In this document: positions 38,195 through 50,302 of the stretch, piece after piece
Layout: each line of letters begins with the position of its first letter
Numbering within the stretch: the stretch's first letter is position 1
Source of the DNA: Candidatus Segetimicrobium genomatis
Lineage (GTDB): Bacteria > Sysuimicrobiota > Sysuimicrobiia > Sysuimicrobiales > Kaftiobacteriaceae
NCBI GenBank assembly: GCA_005882335.1
Contig: VBAP01000004.1
Location: 1-55,684 of the forward strand
Reading direction: 5' to 3'
Length of the DNA: 55,684 nt
Program-made: the position numbers and the translations under genes
The notes under the pieces: generated by a model
Told to the model about the DNA's origin: nothing
What the model saw: the letters and a program-made list of their open reading frames with translations, nothing else
The model's database searches: none

Positions 38195-38313
38195 GGGTTT
38201 TCCATGTCTACAGGGTCTACCGGGTCCCAGAACGTGGCGCGTCCAGCGGGCCGCGCGAACAGGGGTTAGGTAGACCCGGAAGACATGGTAGACCAGGGAG
38301 ACCCGGAAGACCG
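38195..38313. repeat. Inverted tandem-repeat cassette, 9-mer GTCT family
   Basis: Left ATGTCTACA GGGTCTACC GGGTCCCAG; right GGTAGACCC GGAAGACAT GGTAGACCA GGGAGACCC GGAAGACCG. Confidence 0.88.
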
Positions 38314-38533
38314 CGGCGCGGCGCGGCGCATTCCAATTCAGACAGAGAGCATCAGCTTGGCCGCGTTCCTGAAGTGGGCCCAGGCGGTCGGCACCGGAGG
38401 GCAGGCGAAGGCGTTGATTCAATCCGGGCGGGTGAAGGTGAACGGCCGGGTGGAACTCCGGCGGGGGCGGACGCTTGTGCCGGGAGACCGCGTGGAGGTC
38501 GGCGCGCGCGTTCTGGAGGTCGTCGGCGCGTAA
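38285..38533 (+). CDS. yaaA: S4-domain RNA-binding protein YaaA/RlbA-like
   Basis: ISLAAFLKWA...GGQAK...G.VKVNG..E.RRGRTL; the only ATG lies in the repeat arm. Confidence 0.88.
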   Translation: MVDQGDPEDRGAARRIPIQTESISLAAFLKWAQAVGTGGQAKALIQSGRVKVNGRVELRRGRTLVPGDRVEVGARVLEVVGA

Positions 38534-38534
38534 G

Positions 38535-39662
38535 ATGTATCTGACGCAGCTGCGGCTGGTGAACGTGCGGAATCATCGCCGGACCGAACTGGAGCCGGCG
38601 CCGGGCGTCAATATCTTCGTGGGAGCGAATGCCCAGGGGAAGTCCACGGTATTGGAAGCGGTGGAGCTGGCGGCCACCGGGCGGTCGCATCGCGCCGCGC
38701 AGGAGGCGGAGCTGATCACGCTGGGAGAAAGCTGGGCCCGCGTACACGCACGCAGCAGGCGTGCCGATCGCGATCAAGACGTCGATCTAGCTTTTCGGCA
38801 AGATGCCTCGGCCCCGCTTGTGGATCGCACGTGGAGAGAGATCCGCGTCAACGGAGTGCCGGTGCGCAGGGGGGAGCTGTTTGGGCACGTGCTGTGCGTG
38901 ACGGCGGGCCCGGATGATCCCGAGGTCGCCCGGGGACGTGCCGCGTTCCGCCGGCGCTTGGTGGATGTGTTGCTGGCGCAGATCAGTCCCGCATACTATT
39001 ACGTGGCGGCCCGCTACGCGCGGGCGGTCGCGCAGCGCAACCGGTTGCTGCGCGGTAAGACCATGGCTGCGGCCGACTTCGATCCGTGGGACGACCAGGT
39101 GGCAGCACTCGGCGCTACGGTGACACTGCGACGTCGCGATCTGGTGGCGCGGCTGGCCGCGGCGGCGGGCCAGATCTACCGGGAGCTCAGCGGGGGCCGC
39201 GAGGAGTTGGTTGTGACGTACGCGGCGAACCTCCCCGGGGCCGAAGAAGCTGATCTCATCCGGGCGGCGCGAGAGGCGATGGCTGCGCAGCGTCAGGCCG
39301 AGCGGGCTCGGGGCGTGACGCTGGTGGGACCGCACCGGGATGAGATCACGCTGGAGGTGGACCGCCGGCTCCTGCGGCTGTACGGCTCGCGCGGGCAGCA
39401 GATGGCGGCGGTGCTGGCGCTGCGCCTGGCGGAACGGCAGGTGCTGCAGGAAGAAACCGGAGAAGAGCCGGTGCTGCTGCTGGACGATGTCGTCATGACG
39501 CTGGATGAGTCCCGGCAGGCGCGGCTGCTGGCATTTGCCCGCGGCGCCCAGGCGCTCGTGACGGTCACGACGTTGGCGGCGCTGGCTACGCTGCCGCCTG
39601 ATGCCGTGGTATTCCGAGTCGCCGGGGGAGCCGTTGAAGCGCAGCGCGCTCACCTCGCTTAG
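38535..39662 (+). CDS. recF: DNA replication/repair protein RecF
   Basis: GANAQGKS, GPHRD, GSRGQQ and LLLDDV. Confidence 0.96.
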   Translation: MYLTQLRLVNVRNHRRTELEPAPGVNIFVGANAQGKSTVLEAVELAATGRSHRAAQEAELITLGESWARVHARSRRADRDQDVDLAFRQDASAPLVDRTWREIRVNGVPVRRGELFGHVLCVTAGPDDPEVARGRAAFRRRLVDVLLAQISPAYYYVAARYARAVAQRNRLLRGKTMAAADFDPWDDQVAALGATVTLRRRDLVARLAAAAGQIYRELSGGREELVVTYAANLPGAEEADLIRAAREAMAAQRQAERARGVTLVGPHRDEITLEVDRRLLRLYGSRGQQMAAVLALRLAERQVLQEETGEEPVLLLDDVVMTLDESRQARLLAFARGAQALVTVTTLAALATLPPDAVVFRVAGGAVEAQRAHLA

Positions 39663-40125
39663 AGCGATCCTGCGCTCCGCGGCCACAGCGCTCGGTGTGG
39701 AACGGGCGGCGCACGAGGCGCTGATCGCTGAGATGTGGCCGGAGATCGCAGGCCGGGAGGCGGCTGCGCACGCACACCCTGCCGAGTTGCGCGGAACCAC
39801 ACTGCTCGTAGATGTGGAACCCGGGTTGTGGGTGCAGGAATTATCGGCCCGGCGCGGGCAGTTCGTGGGAGCCATCAACCGCCGTCTGGGGGGCCGCGTC
39901 GTCGCCGAGATCCGGATCCGACCGGGCCGCGGTGCGGTGGTGGAGCCTGGGCCGGGTGGCGCGGCACCGGTCGAGGGCGCTGGGCCAGAACTATCAGCGC
40001 AAGAGCTGAGCACGATTGACCAGACTGTCGCGGAGATTCCCGACCAGGAGTTGCGTGAAGCCGCGCGGCGGGCGATGCACAGCGAGATGATGTGGAGGAA
40101 GCGCCGCGCGGAGAGTAAGCAGTAG
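39634..40125 (+). CDS. dciA: DUF721 / DciA-family protein
   Basis: W..IAG..AAAHA.P..LR..TL.V......W.QEL pattern, located after recF; start approximate (TTG). Confidence 0.82.
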   Translation: MKRSALTSLRAILRSAATALGVERAAHEALIAEMWPEIAGREAAAHAHPAELRGTTLLVDVEPGLWVQELSARRGQFVGAINRRLGGRVVAEIRIRPGRGAVVEPGPGGAAPVEGAGPELSAQELSTIDQTVAEIPDQELREAARRAMHSEMMWRKRRAESKQ

Positions 40126-40220
40126 CCAGTCACCAGTAGCCACTAGCCGGCGACCCGTAGGTAGACCAAGAATCAGACGCTGGTCGTTACTGGCGACCGG
40201 CTACTGGATACCGGCTACCT
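40121..40220. repeat. Inverted tandem-repeat cassette, 7-mer AGTAGCC family
   Basis: Left AGTAGCC AGTCACC AGTAGCC ACTAGCC GGCGACC, containing the dciA stop; right GTTACTG GCGACCG GCTACTG GATACCG GCTACCT. Confidence 0.87.
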
Positions 40221-40239
40221 GACGGAGCTTTCTGCCGCG

Positions 40240-40515
40240 ATGTACGTGCATCTGGGTGGGGAGTTGATCGCGCGCGTCACCGATATCGTGGCGGTGCTTG
40301 ATGTCCGGCTGGTGACCAGCTCCGATATCAACCAGGAGTTCGTCGACAAAGCCGGGGCGGTGAAGCGCCTGCTGGGAAATGGGCTCACGCCCGACTGCCG
40401 AGCCCTCGTCGTTACCAAAACGGCTGTCATTACGTCCCCCCTCTCCCCCGCGACACTGGCTCGCCGGATGACCCACCTGCGGCAAGCGGCGATGGCCTGG
40501 GAACGCGAAACGTAA
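40240..40515 (+). CDS. remB: DUF370 / RemB-family protein
   Basis: MYVHLGG...DIVAVLD...SPLSPATLARR, in the usual position before gyrB. Confidence 0.85.
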   Translation: MYVHLGGELIARVTDIVAVLDVRLVTSSDINQEFVDKAGAVKRLLGNGLTPDCRALVVTKTAVITSPLSPATLARRMTHLRQAAMAWERET

Positions 40516-40537
40516 GGCTGGGCGCGGGTTTCGTGCG

Positions 40538-40567
40538 TTGACACCCCTTCGAGGTGCGTGATAAACT
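40538..40567 (+). promoter_or_regulatory. gyrB promoter
   Basis: TTGACA (40538-40543), 18 nt, TAAACT (40562-40567) with a TG extension. Confidence 0.65.
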
Positions 40568-40682
40568 GACTTGTGCTGCTTTTTGGCACCCTTACACGCG
40601 CTAGGCCAGCAACGTCTGTTTCGCAAGCGCCTGCAGGGTCCAAAAAAGTCTACGATTCGGGGAGGGGCACCGGCTGCGGTAG

Positions 40683-42650
<1,968 letters not shown>

Positions 42651-42651
42651 A

Positions 42652-42726
42652 GCGGGAACGCGGGAACGCGGGACAATACTCAGCCAGGCATTTGCTGTTT
42701 CGCGTTCCCGCGTTCCCGCGTTCCCG
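42652..42726. repeat. Inverted tandem-repeat cassette, 8-mer GCGGGAAC family
   Basis: Left GCGGGAAC GCGGGAAC GCGGGAC; right (CGCGTTCC)x3; between gyrB and gyrA. Confidence 0.92.
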
Positions 42727-42746
42727 TCCTTCTTGAGGTGACGTAG

Positions 42747-45194
42747 ATGGCATTGGCCGACGAATCTCGCATCGTTCCCAAGCCCATCGAGGAGGAGATG
42801 AAGACCTCCTACCTCGATTACGCCATGTCCGTCATCGTCAGCCGGGCGCTGCCGGACGTCCGCGACGGGCTGAAACCCGTACAGCGCCGCATCCTGTTCG
42901 GGATGCTGGAAGCAGGGTTGCGACCCGACCGCCCGTACCGCAAATCCGCGGCCGTGGTGGGCGACGTGATGAAAAAGTACCATCCTCACGGCGACGTCCC
43001 GATCTATGAATCGCTGGTGCGGATGGCCCAGCCCTGGTCGTTCCGATACCCGCTGGTCGACGGCCAAGGGAACTTTGGCTCGATCGACGGGGACCCGCCG
43101 GCGGCCATGCGATATTCGGAGTGCCGCCTCACGCCGCTGGCGATGGAACTGCTGGCCGACATCGACCGGGACACCGTCGATTTCATCCCCAACTACGACG
43201 AGTACGAGAAGGAGCCGGTGGTGCTGCCGGCCAAGGTCCCGGACCTGCTCATGAACGGCGCCTCCGGCATCGCCGTCGGTATGGCCAGCAACATTCCGCC
43301 CCACAACCTGGGCGAGCTGGTGGATGGCCTCGTGGCGATGATCGACGATGCGGACACCAGCGACGAGGCGCTGATGAAGATCATTAAGGGCCCGGATTTC
43401 CCCACCGGCGGGATCATTATTGGCCGCGACGGGATCAAGGCCGCATACACGACCGGACGGGGCAGCATCACGCTGCGGGCCAAGGCCGACATCGAAGAAT
43501 TAAAGGGCGGCCGCACGGCGATCATCGTCACGGAAATTCCGTACATGGTGAACAAGTCGGCGATGATCGCCCGGATTGCCGAGCTGGTGCGCAACAAGAA
43601 GCTGGCCGGAGTCTCTGACCTGCGCGACGAATCCGACCGCAGCGGGATGCGGATCGTCATGGAATTGCGCCGCGACGCCAACCCCCAGATCGTCCGAAAC
43701 CAGCTGTTCAAGCACACGCAGATGCAGACGACGTTCGGCGCCAACATGCTGGCGTTGGTGGGGGGCGTGCCGCGCACGTTGAAACTGCGTGAGATGCTGG
43801 ACCACTACCTGAAGCATCGCCGCACGGTGGTCATCCGCCGCACCAAGTTCGAGTTGTCCCGCGCCGAGGAGCGGGCGCATATCCTGCAGGGTCTGAAAGT
43901 GGCCTTGAAACACCTGGATGAGGTCATCGCCCTGATCCGCAAATCCAAGGACGTGCCGGTCGCGCGCGAGGGGTTGATGAAGCGGTTCAAGCTCAGCGAG
44001 CGGCAGGCGGATGCGATTCTAGAGATGCGATTGCAGCGCCTGACCGCGCTGGAGCGCGAGAAGATTGAGGAAGAGTACAAACTGTTGGTCAAGGACATCG
44101 CCCGGTATAAGGAGATGCTGCGCGACGCCACATCGGCTCGGCCGAAGCTGATCATGGCGGCGGTGCGCGCGGAACTGCTGGAGATGAAAGAGAAGTATGG
44201 CGACGCGCGGCGCACCCGGATCACGAGCAGGGAAGCCGAGGAGTTTGAGGCTGAGGACCTCATCCCTGACGTGGACGTGGTGATCAGCATGACCCACAAT
44301 AACTACATCAAGCGCCAACCCCTGGAAACCTACAGGTTGCAGCGGCGTGGGACGCGCGGGGTCATCGGGGTGGCCACGAAAGAAGAGGACTTCGTGGAGC
44401 AGGTGCTCACCACGACCAACCATGCCTTCCTGCTGTTTTTCTCCGACCGCGGGAAGGTGTACCGGATGAAGGCGCACGAGGTCCCGGAGGCGGGCCGCAC
44501 CGCCCGCGGCACGGCGATGGTGAACCTGCTGGCGCTGGCCCAAGGCGAGCGCATCAACGCCATGATCGGTCTGCGCTCATTCGAAGATGCGGGTAGTGTC
44601 TTCATGGTGACCCAGCGCGGTATCGTCAAGCGCACCGGCCTGATGGAATTCATCAACGCCAAGCGCGCCGGCATCTTTGCCATCACGCTGGAGCGCGCGG
44701 ACAGCCTCGTCGGCGTCAAATTGATTTCGAAAGAGACGCAGATCGTACTGGCCACGCAGCAGGGCAAAGCGGTTCGCTTCAAGGCCGGGCAGGTTCGCGA
44801 GATGGGCCGCGGCGCCCGTGGCGTGCGGGGGATCCGGCTCCGAACCGGTGACGCGGTGGTAGGCGTGGCCGATGCCAAGGAGGGACGGAGCCTGCTCACG
44901 GTGACGGAGCTGGGTCTGGGCAAGCGTACCCCAATGGGACAGTATCCCATCAAGAGCCGCGGCGGCATGGGCGTGATCAACGTGAAGATTACCAAGAAGT
45001 CGGGAGCGGTCGTCAGCGTGCGTGCTGTGGACGACGATGATGAGATCCTGCTCGGGACCACCGGCGGGGTATTCAATCGCATTCCGGTGGCGCAGATTTC
45101 GGTGATGAGCCGCCACGCGCAGGGCGTGCGGGTGATGAAGCTGGGTGAGGGAGAGAAAGTGGCCGCGGTGGCGCACATTCCTGCCAAGGAGTAA
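42747..45194 (+). CDS. gyrA: DNA gyrase subunit A
   Basis: [20 protein letters not shown] catalytic tyrosine, GyrA-box-like QRRGTRG and a beta-pinwheel. Confidence 0.98.
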   Translation: MALADESRIVPKPIEEEMKTSYLDYAMSVIVSRALPDVRDGLKPVQRRILFGMLEAGLRPDRPYRKSAAVVGDVMKKYHPHGDVPIYESLVRMAQPWSFRYPLVDGQGNFGSIDGDPPAAMRYSECRLTPLAMELLADIDRDTVDFIPNYDEYEKEPVVLPAKVPDLLMNGASGIAVGMASNIPPHNLGELVDGLVAMIDDADTSDEALMKIIKGPDFPTGGIIIGRDGIKAAYTTGRGSITLRAKADIEELKGGRTAIIVTEIPYMVNKSAMIARIAELVRNKKLAGVSDLRDESDRSGMRIVMELRRDANPQIVRNQLFKHTQMQTTFGANMLALVGGVPRTLKLREMLDHYLKHRRTVVIRRTKFELSRAEERAHILQGLKVALKHLDEVIALIRKSKDVPVAREGLMKRFKLSERQADAILEMRLQRLTALEREKIEEEYKLLVKDIARYKEMLRDATSARPKLIMAAVRAELLEMKEKYGDARRTRITSREAEEFEAEDLIPDVDVVISMTHNNYIKRQPLETYRLQRRGTRGVIGVATKEEDFVEQVLTTTNHAFLLFFSDRGKVYRMKAHEVPEAGRTARGTAMVNLLALAQGERINAMIGLRSFEDAGSVFMVTQRGIVKRTGLMEFINAKRAGIFAITLERADSLVGVKLISKETQIVLATQQGKAVRFKAGQVREMGRGARGVRGIRLRTGDAVVGVADAKEGRSLLTVTELGLGKRTPMGQYPIKSRGGMGVINVKITKKSGAVVSVRAVDDDDEILLGTTGGVFNRIPVAQISVMSRHAQGVRVMKLGEGEKVAAVAHIPAKE

Positions 45195-45197
45195 CCG

Positions 45198-45277
45198 CCG
45201 GGAACGCGGGAAAGGACGAATGCGGGAGCACGACGGCATGCGAAGTCGCGAATCACGAATCACGAATCACGGTTCAC
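45198..45277 (+). repeat. Partial 8-mer arm plus unpaired heptamer array
   Basis: CCGGGAAC GCGGGAAA after the gyrA stop; (GAATCAC)x3 GGTTCAC at 45250-45277; no inverted partner seen. Confidence 0.65.
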
Positions 45278-45945
45278 GCCCCTGGCGGCACCTTCTCACC
45301 GCGTTGGGCGTGATCGGCGCCACCGTGGCGCTCCATGAGGGGGCGCATGCCCTCGTCACCGCGCGCGCAGGCGGGAAGGTGAGGGAGATCGGCATCGGCT
45401 TTGGCCCTCCTCTGTTCCGCCTCCGGGTGCGCCATCTGTCGGTCGTGGTGCGGATGCTGCCGCTAGGCGGGTACGCCGCGGTGGATCCAGAGCAGATCCC
45501 GCCACGCCGCAGGATCCCCATGCTGTTGGCCGGCCCCTTGGCCAATATCGCTGCCGGACTGCCGCTGATGCTGGCGTTCCGACGCCATCCTGTGGAGATC
45601 CCTAACGACGGCAGGCGCGTCGGCCTCACCGGGTTCGCGGGTACCCTGACGGCCCTGATCCGGGCCGCGGCGCAGGGTCCCGGGTCCATTGCCCGGCTGG
45701 CCGGTTCCATGAACGTCGGCCTGGGCCTCGCGAATCTGCTCCCGGTCTACCCGCTGGACGGCGGCCACGTAGTGATGAGTATCATGGAAGAGCGCGGTGT
45801 TCCGCGCCAGACCCGCATCAGATTCGCCCGCTGGACCGCCGCCTTGTTCATCATGCTGGCGCGGGCGGCGATGCTCGGCGACCTGCGCCGGCTTTCAGCC
45901 GGCGCGGGAACGGGGGAACGCGGGAACGCGGAATCGCGATTCTAG
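45238..45945 (+). CDS. Small site-2 protease (M50) without PDZ or CBS
   Basis: HEGAH, GFGP...LPLGGY and NLLPVYPLDGGH; start uncertain. Confidence 0.85.
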   Translation: MRSRESRITNHGSRPWRHLLTALGVIGATVALHEGAHALVTARAGGKVREIGIGFGPPLFRLRVRHLSVVVRMLPLGGYAAVDPEQIPPRRRIPMLLAGPLANIAAGLPLMLAFRRHPVEIPNDGRRVGLTGFAGTLTALIRAAAQGPGSIARLAGSMNVGLGLANLLPVYPLDGGHVVMSIMEERGVPRQTRIRFARWTAALFIMLARAAMLGDLRRLSAGAGTGERGNAESRF

Positions 45946-45994
45946 ATGCGGTTGTTTCCGCGTTCCCCCGTTCCCGTGTTCCCGTAGGTTTCCG
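45904..45994. repeat. Inverted tandem-repeat cassette, 8-mer GCGGGAAC family
   Basis: Left GCGGGAAC GGGGGAAC GCGGGAAC GCGGAATC, inside the CDS; right TGTTTCCG CGTTCCCC CGTTCCCG TGTTCCCG. Confidence 0.88.
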
Positions 45995-45995
45995 A

Positions 45996-46865
45996 ATGTC
46001 CGTCATCGTCCGCACCGCCACGCCCGGCAGCGCCCAACTCCCCCGCATCATCGGCGGGCGTGCCGCCGGTCCGGAAGAGTGGGAGCAATGGAGCGAGGAA
46101 CCCGGGCATGACCTGGTCGCCCAGGATGACAGTCGTGTGGTGGGCGGTATTCACGTCAGCCTGGTCAGCCGCAGCGAAGCGTGGCTTGAAAATCTCCGTG
46201 TGCATCCCGATGTGTGGGGCCGCGGCATTGCCGTGCAACTGGTGAAAGAGGGCGAAGCGGTGGCCCGGCGTTACGGGGCCGCAGTGGCACGCACCGCCAT
46301 CCCCGCGCACGAGTACGCGGCTCAGGCGGTGGCTGAGCGTGCGGGGTACAAGCCGTCGCTCCGGTGCGTGGTGGTCGAGGCTCCCCTGCCATCCGGTCCT
46401 GCGCACGTGCCGTACGATGCGCCGGTACATGCGCTCGGGCCGGATCGGGCGTCCGACCTGATGCGGTTTTTGGAATCCACGCCGGCGCTGGCCGCATGGC
46501 ACCGTCTGGTGCCGCTGGGGTGGCGGTTCCGCCGCATCGCGTTGGACCTGGTCCGCGGCCTGCTCAAGGATCACCGCGCGCTGGCGGCGCTGCATCCGGG
46601 CGCGCAGGCCGGCGTCGTGCAGGCAGCCGCCCTGTTTACGGTGCGTGGAGACGCCGTCGTGCTCGCGGTCCTGGACGGGAGTCCGCCCGGAATGCAGGCG
46701 GTGTTCGGCACGGTGACCGAAGACGTGCGGGCTGCTGAGGCCACACGCGCCGCGATTTTTGCCCCGGAGTTGCGCTCGCTCGAGACGCTAGACGTGCGCG
46801 GATGGACGCCTCATCCGTGGTGCCCGGAAGGGCTCGTGGTCGTCGAGAAAAGCCTCGCCTCCTGA
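45996..46865 (+). CDS. GNAT-family acetyltransferase
   Basis: AWLENLRVHPDVWGRGIA acetyl-CoA motif. Confidence 0.85.
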   Translation: MSVIVRTATPGSAQLPRIIGGRAAGPEEWEQWSEEPGHDLVAQDDSRVVGGIHVSLVSRSEAWLENLRVHPDVWGRGIAVQLVKEGEAVARRYGAAVARTAIPAHEYAAQAVAERAGYKPSLRCVVVEAPLPSGPAHVPYDAPVHALGPDRASDLMRFLESTPALAAWHRLVPLGWRFRRIALDLVRGLLKDHRALAALHPGAQAGVVQAAALFTVRGDAVVLAVLDGSPPGMQAVFGTVTEDVRAAEATRAAIFAPELRSLETLDVRGWTPHPWCPEGLVVVEKSLAS

Positions 46866-47026
46866 CCGCGTCGGTACGGCCCGCGAACCGCGTACCGCTC
46901 GCTTTGCTCGGGTACGTGGCGCCTGCGCGTCTGACAGGAGGCGCCCGCCACTGCGCCGAAGTCATCGCTGCGACCTTTTACTGCAATCGCATATGCTGGT
47001 CTGATTTCCCAGGGGGTGGTATAGGC

Positions 47027-48376
47027 ATGAGCAAAGGTGCGACGAAGGCGCCGGTCTCCCAGATCGTTGTCGGCGTGGTCATTGCCGCGCTGGTCGCCGG
47101 CGTAGCCGGATACTGGGCCGGCACGCAGCGCGGTGGTGGGATGGCGAAGGCGGAAGAGCGCAAGCTGGAAATCTTCCACTGGTGGACAGCCGGCGGTGAG
47201 CGCGAGGCTGCCGACGCCATGTTCCAGGCGTTGAAGGCAAAATACCCGGACATCCAGCTCGTGGAGAACCCCGTCGCCGGTGGGGGCGGCGTCAGCCACC
47301 GTGTCGTCCTGCAGGCGCGGCTGTCGGCCAACCTCCCGCCTGACACCTGGCAGACGCTCGGCGGCGCGGAGTTGAAATCATACGTGGACGGCGGATACCT
47401 GGTGCCGCTGGATAGTCTCTACACAGAGATCAAGTATTCCGACGCGATCCCGAAGCCATTGGCGAACGCGGTGACCATCGGCGGCCATCCGTACGTGGTC
47501 CCGCTGAACATGCACATTCAAAACATCCTGTACTACAACAAGAAACTGTTCGACGAACTTGGCTTGAAGCCGCCCACGACCTTCGACGAGTTGCTGGCGG
47601 CTGCCAAGGCGATCAAGGCAGCGCGCCCGAAGATGTCGCCGCTGGGGCTGGGCACGAAGGAGAAGTGGGAAGCCGCCTTCGTACTGGATAGCCTGCTGCT
47701 GGAGCTCGGTGGACCCGAGTACTATGTGAAGCTGTACAAGGGAGAAGTGGACGTCGCCACGGACCCAATCTTCAAGGCGGCACTGGACAGGCTGAATACG
47801 TTGAGGCCATTCATCTATCAGTTCCACGCGGGGCTCACGTGGGATGAGTCCTGCGGCCTTGTGGTCTCCGGCGACTCGGCGATGGTCATCATGGGCACGT
47901 GGGCCATCGGCTACTTCAAGAGCCGAGGATGGAACCCCGGGGTGGATTTCGGCGCGGTCACGTTCCCGCAGAAGCCGGATCGCATTTTGCTGTTCCACCC
48001 AGATACGTATGGCCTGGCCAAGGGCGCACCGCACCCCAAGGCCACGCTGGACTGGCTGAAGGTGGTGGCGTCGCCCGACCTCCAGGTGCCTACCGACGTC
48101 ACGCAGGGTGGACTGTTCGCCAGGATCGACATCGACCCCGGGCAGTTCCCGGACCCGATTCGCCAGGAGCTGCAGAACTACGTGCGCAGCAACCCCGGCA
48201 AGTTGATCCTGGATCAGCATGGAAGCATCGCCCCGTTCAGCTTCACGCAGGCCTACTGGGACGTCGCGGCGGCCTTCACCGCCAAACCCGACGTCGCCGG
48301 TACGGTGAAGGGTGTGAATGGCCTGTTCACGACATACAAGGTGCAGGAGGGCGCGGCGTGGTATCAGTGGCCTTAG
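47027..48376 (+). CDS. Sugar ABC transporter substrate-binding protein, glucose-binding-like
   Basis: Hydrophobic N-anchor; LEIFHWWTAGGE, NPVAGGGG, PPDTWQ and MGTWA. Confidence 0.9.
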   Translation: MSKGATKAPVSQIVVGVVIAALVAGVAGYWAGTQRGGGMAKAEERKLEIFHWWTAGGEREAADAMFQALKAKYPDIQLVENPVAGGGGVSHRVVLQARLSANLPPDTWQTLGGAELKSYVDGGYLVPLDSLYTEIKYSDAIPKPLANAVTIGGHPYVVPLNMHIQNILYYNKKLFDELGLKPPTTFDELLAAAKAIKAARPKMSPLGLGTKEKWEAAFVLDSLLLELGGPEYYVKLYKGEVDVATDPIFKAALDRLNTLRPFIYQFHAGLTWDESCGLVVSGDSAMVIMGTWAIGYFKSRGWNPGVDFGAVTFPQKPDRILLFHPDTYGLAKGAPHPKATLDWLKVVASPDLQVPTDVTQGGLFARIDIDPGQFPDPIRQELQNYVRSNPGKLILDQHGSIAPFSFTQAYWDVAAAFTAKPDVAGTVKGVNGLFTTYKVQEGAAWYQWP

Positions 48377-48385
48377 GCAAAACTT

Positions 48386-48449
48386 CGGAGCCACTCAGCC
48401 GTTAGTCCAAGTATTGCAACCCAGGTAGCTAGGAGCGGTTGTTTGGTCG
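48386..48449 (+). repeat. 64-nt dispersed structured element, copy 3
   Basis: Ungapped match to copies 1 and 2; starts 9 nt after the binding-protein stop. Confidence 0.85.
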
Positions 48450-48472
48450 TCGCACCCAGGGATGTGTATCAG

Positions 48473-48509
48473 GGGTCCCTCACGGACACGGCAACGTCGT
48501 GAGGGACCC
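48473..48509 (+). terminator. Strong stem-loop between binding protein and permease (attenuating or mRNA-stabilising)
   Basis: GGGTCCCTCACG...CGTGAGGGACCC 12-bp stem followed by GGCATTTTT. Confidence 0.6.
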
Positions 48510-48529
48510 GGCATTTTTCCGCTGATGTC

Positions 48530-49432
48530 GTGAATCCCACAGGCCTCGCCGTCCGGTTCGCCCGCGCGAAGGAAGCGGCCGTCTTTGTACTTCCCCTGCT
48601 GGCGTTCCTGCTCGTGCTGTATGGCATGCTGGCGTGGACGTTCTATACCTCGTTCGCGGACTGGGAGGGTACCGCACCCAACTACACGTTCGCCGGCCTG
48701 AAATGGTACCGCTTCATGGTCGGCCTCGACCGTTTCTGGGTCGACCTCGGCAACAATCTACGGTGGTTGATCCTCGGTGTGGCCCCTACCGTTGTCCTGG
48801 CACTCTTCATCGCCTACCTGCTCGAAATTGGTGCGATCAAAGGGATCGAGGCGTACCTCCGTACGCTGGTCCTCTATCCGGCGGCGATGTCGTTCGTGGT
48901 GACAGGGACGATCTGGTCGTGGATGTATCAGCCCGATCGGGGTGTGTTGAACACGCTGCTGCGAGCCGTCGGACTGGACGCGCTGGCGAGCGGGTACACG
49001 ACGGACCCGGCGACGGCCACCTACTGGCTCATTCTGATCTTCGTGTGGCAGTATCTGGGGCTGGGGGTGCTCATCCTGCAGGCGTCGTTCCGCAGCGTCG
49101 AGTTGCAGGAGATGGTGGAGTCGGCCATGCTCGACGGCGCGTCGCGGCTGCGCATCCTCTTCGCCGTGCTCATCCCGAACATCCGCGGCGGGATCCTGGT
49201 GGTCGTCTCCCTGTTGCTGATCTCGGCGTTGAAAGTCTTCGACATCGTGTATGTCGTCACGTTCGGCGGCCCGGGCTACGCCACCGACGTCCTGGCGCTA
49301 TTCCAATTCATTGCCACGTATCAACAGCACCTGGTGGCGCTCGGTTCCGGGCTGGCCATGGTGATCTTCGCCCTGGCGTTTATCATCATCATCCCCTACA
49401 CGGTCTACGCGCTGCAGCGGTGGTTCGAATGA
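48530..49432 (+). CDS. Sugar ABC transporter permease
   Basis: TM helices and EAA-like loop ESAMLDGAS. Confidence 0.93.
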   Translation: MNPTGLAVRFARAKEAAVFVLPLLAFLLVLYGMLAWTFYTSFADWEGTAPNYTFAGLKWYRFMVGLDRFWVDLGNNLRWLILGVAPTVVLALFIAYLLEIGAIKGIEAYLRTLVLYPAAMSFVVTGTIWSWMYQPDRGVLNTLLRAVGLDALASGYTTDPATATYWLILIFVWQYLGLGVLILQASFRSVELQEMVESAMLDGASRLRILFAVLIPNIRGGILVVVSLLLISALKVFDIVYVVTFGGPGYATDVLALFQFIATYQQHLVALGSGLAMVIFALAFIIIIPYTVYALQRWFE

Positions 49433-50253
49433 AGACGCGGGGGGCCCCGCTGCGGGCGCTGGTGCTGGGGACGGTGGCGGTCCTGTCCGTCATCTACATC
49501 CTCCCCGTCTACGTGATGGTGGTAACCTCGCTGAAGACCCCGCTGGAGATTACGCAGCGGCAGTACCTGGCGCCCGCGGGGAATTTGCAGTTCGGCAACT
49601 TTGCGACCGCGCTGCGGCTGGTCGCGCCGGCGCTGTTGAACTCCTCGGTGATCAGCGTGACGGTCACTGCCCTCTCGGTGTTTATCGGGGGGCTAGGCGG
49701 ATATTTCCTGGCCCGGTTTAGGTGGCCGGTGACGAAGGTCATCTTCGTCCTGCTGGCCATCGCGCTGTACCTGCCCTACCAGGCGGTGCTGATCCCCCTC
49801 GTCCGGATCATGGCCACGACCAAGCTGGCCCTCACGCATTTCGGCCTGATCTTCAGTTATCTGATCCTCAACGTGCCGCTGGCCTCGATCCTGATGGCCA
49901 CGTTCTTCTTCTCGGTTCCCCGGGAACTGGAGGAGTCGGCGCAGATGGACGGCGCCTCGCGGCTGCAGATTTTCTTCCGGATTGTCTCGGTGGTGGCGCT
50001 CCCCGGATATGCCTCTACGGCCATCCTGGTGTTCATCCAGGTGTGGAACGAGTTTCTCCTGGCCCTCACCCTGGTCACGCCGTACACCACGACCATCCAG
50101 GTGAAGCTCAATGACATCAAGGGGAGCTACGTCGCCTTGTACAATCTCCAAATGGCCGCCGCCCTGATCACGGTGTTGGTCCCGCTGACCTTCTTCCTGT
50201 TCCTCGGTAAGTATTTCATCCGCGGTATTCTGGCCGGCGCGCTGAAGGGGTGA
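49429..50253 (+). CDS. Sugar ABC transporter permease
   Basis: EESAQMDGAS and WNEFL; ATGA overlap with the previous gene. Confidence 0.93.
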   Translation: MKTRGAPLRALVLGTVAVLSVIYILPVYVMVVTSLKTPLEITQRQYLAPAGNLQFGNFATALRLVAPALLNSSVISVTVTALSVFIGGLGGYFLARFRWPVTKVIFVLLAIALYLPYQAVLIPLVRIMATTKLALTHFGLIFSYLILNVPLASILMATFFFSVPRELEESAQMDGASRLQIFFRIVSVVALPGYASTAILVFIQVWNEFLLALTLVTPYTTTIQVKLNDIKGSYVALYNLQMAAALITVLVPLTFFLFLGKYFIRGILAGALKG

Positions 50254-50302
50254 CACGTGCACGGAAGTGCGTCTACCTTGGTCTTCTAAGGAGACGTTGT
50301 TG

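Noticed and set aside
46982-46996. LacI/cre-like operator TGCAATCGCATATG upstream of the sugar-binding protein
   Set aside because: Only the left half fits and no LacI gene is in the window.
48405-48435. SAM-II/SAM-V-like words (GTATTGCAA, GTAGCTA) in copy 3 of the 64-nt element
   Set aside because: Not conserved in copies 1 and 2, two copies are antisense to neighbours, and no methionine/SAM genes are adjacent.
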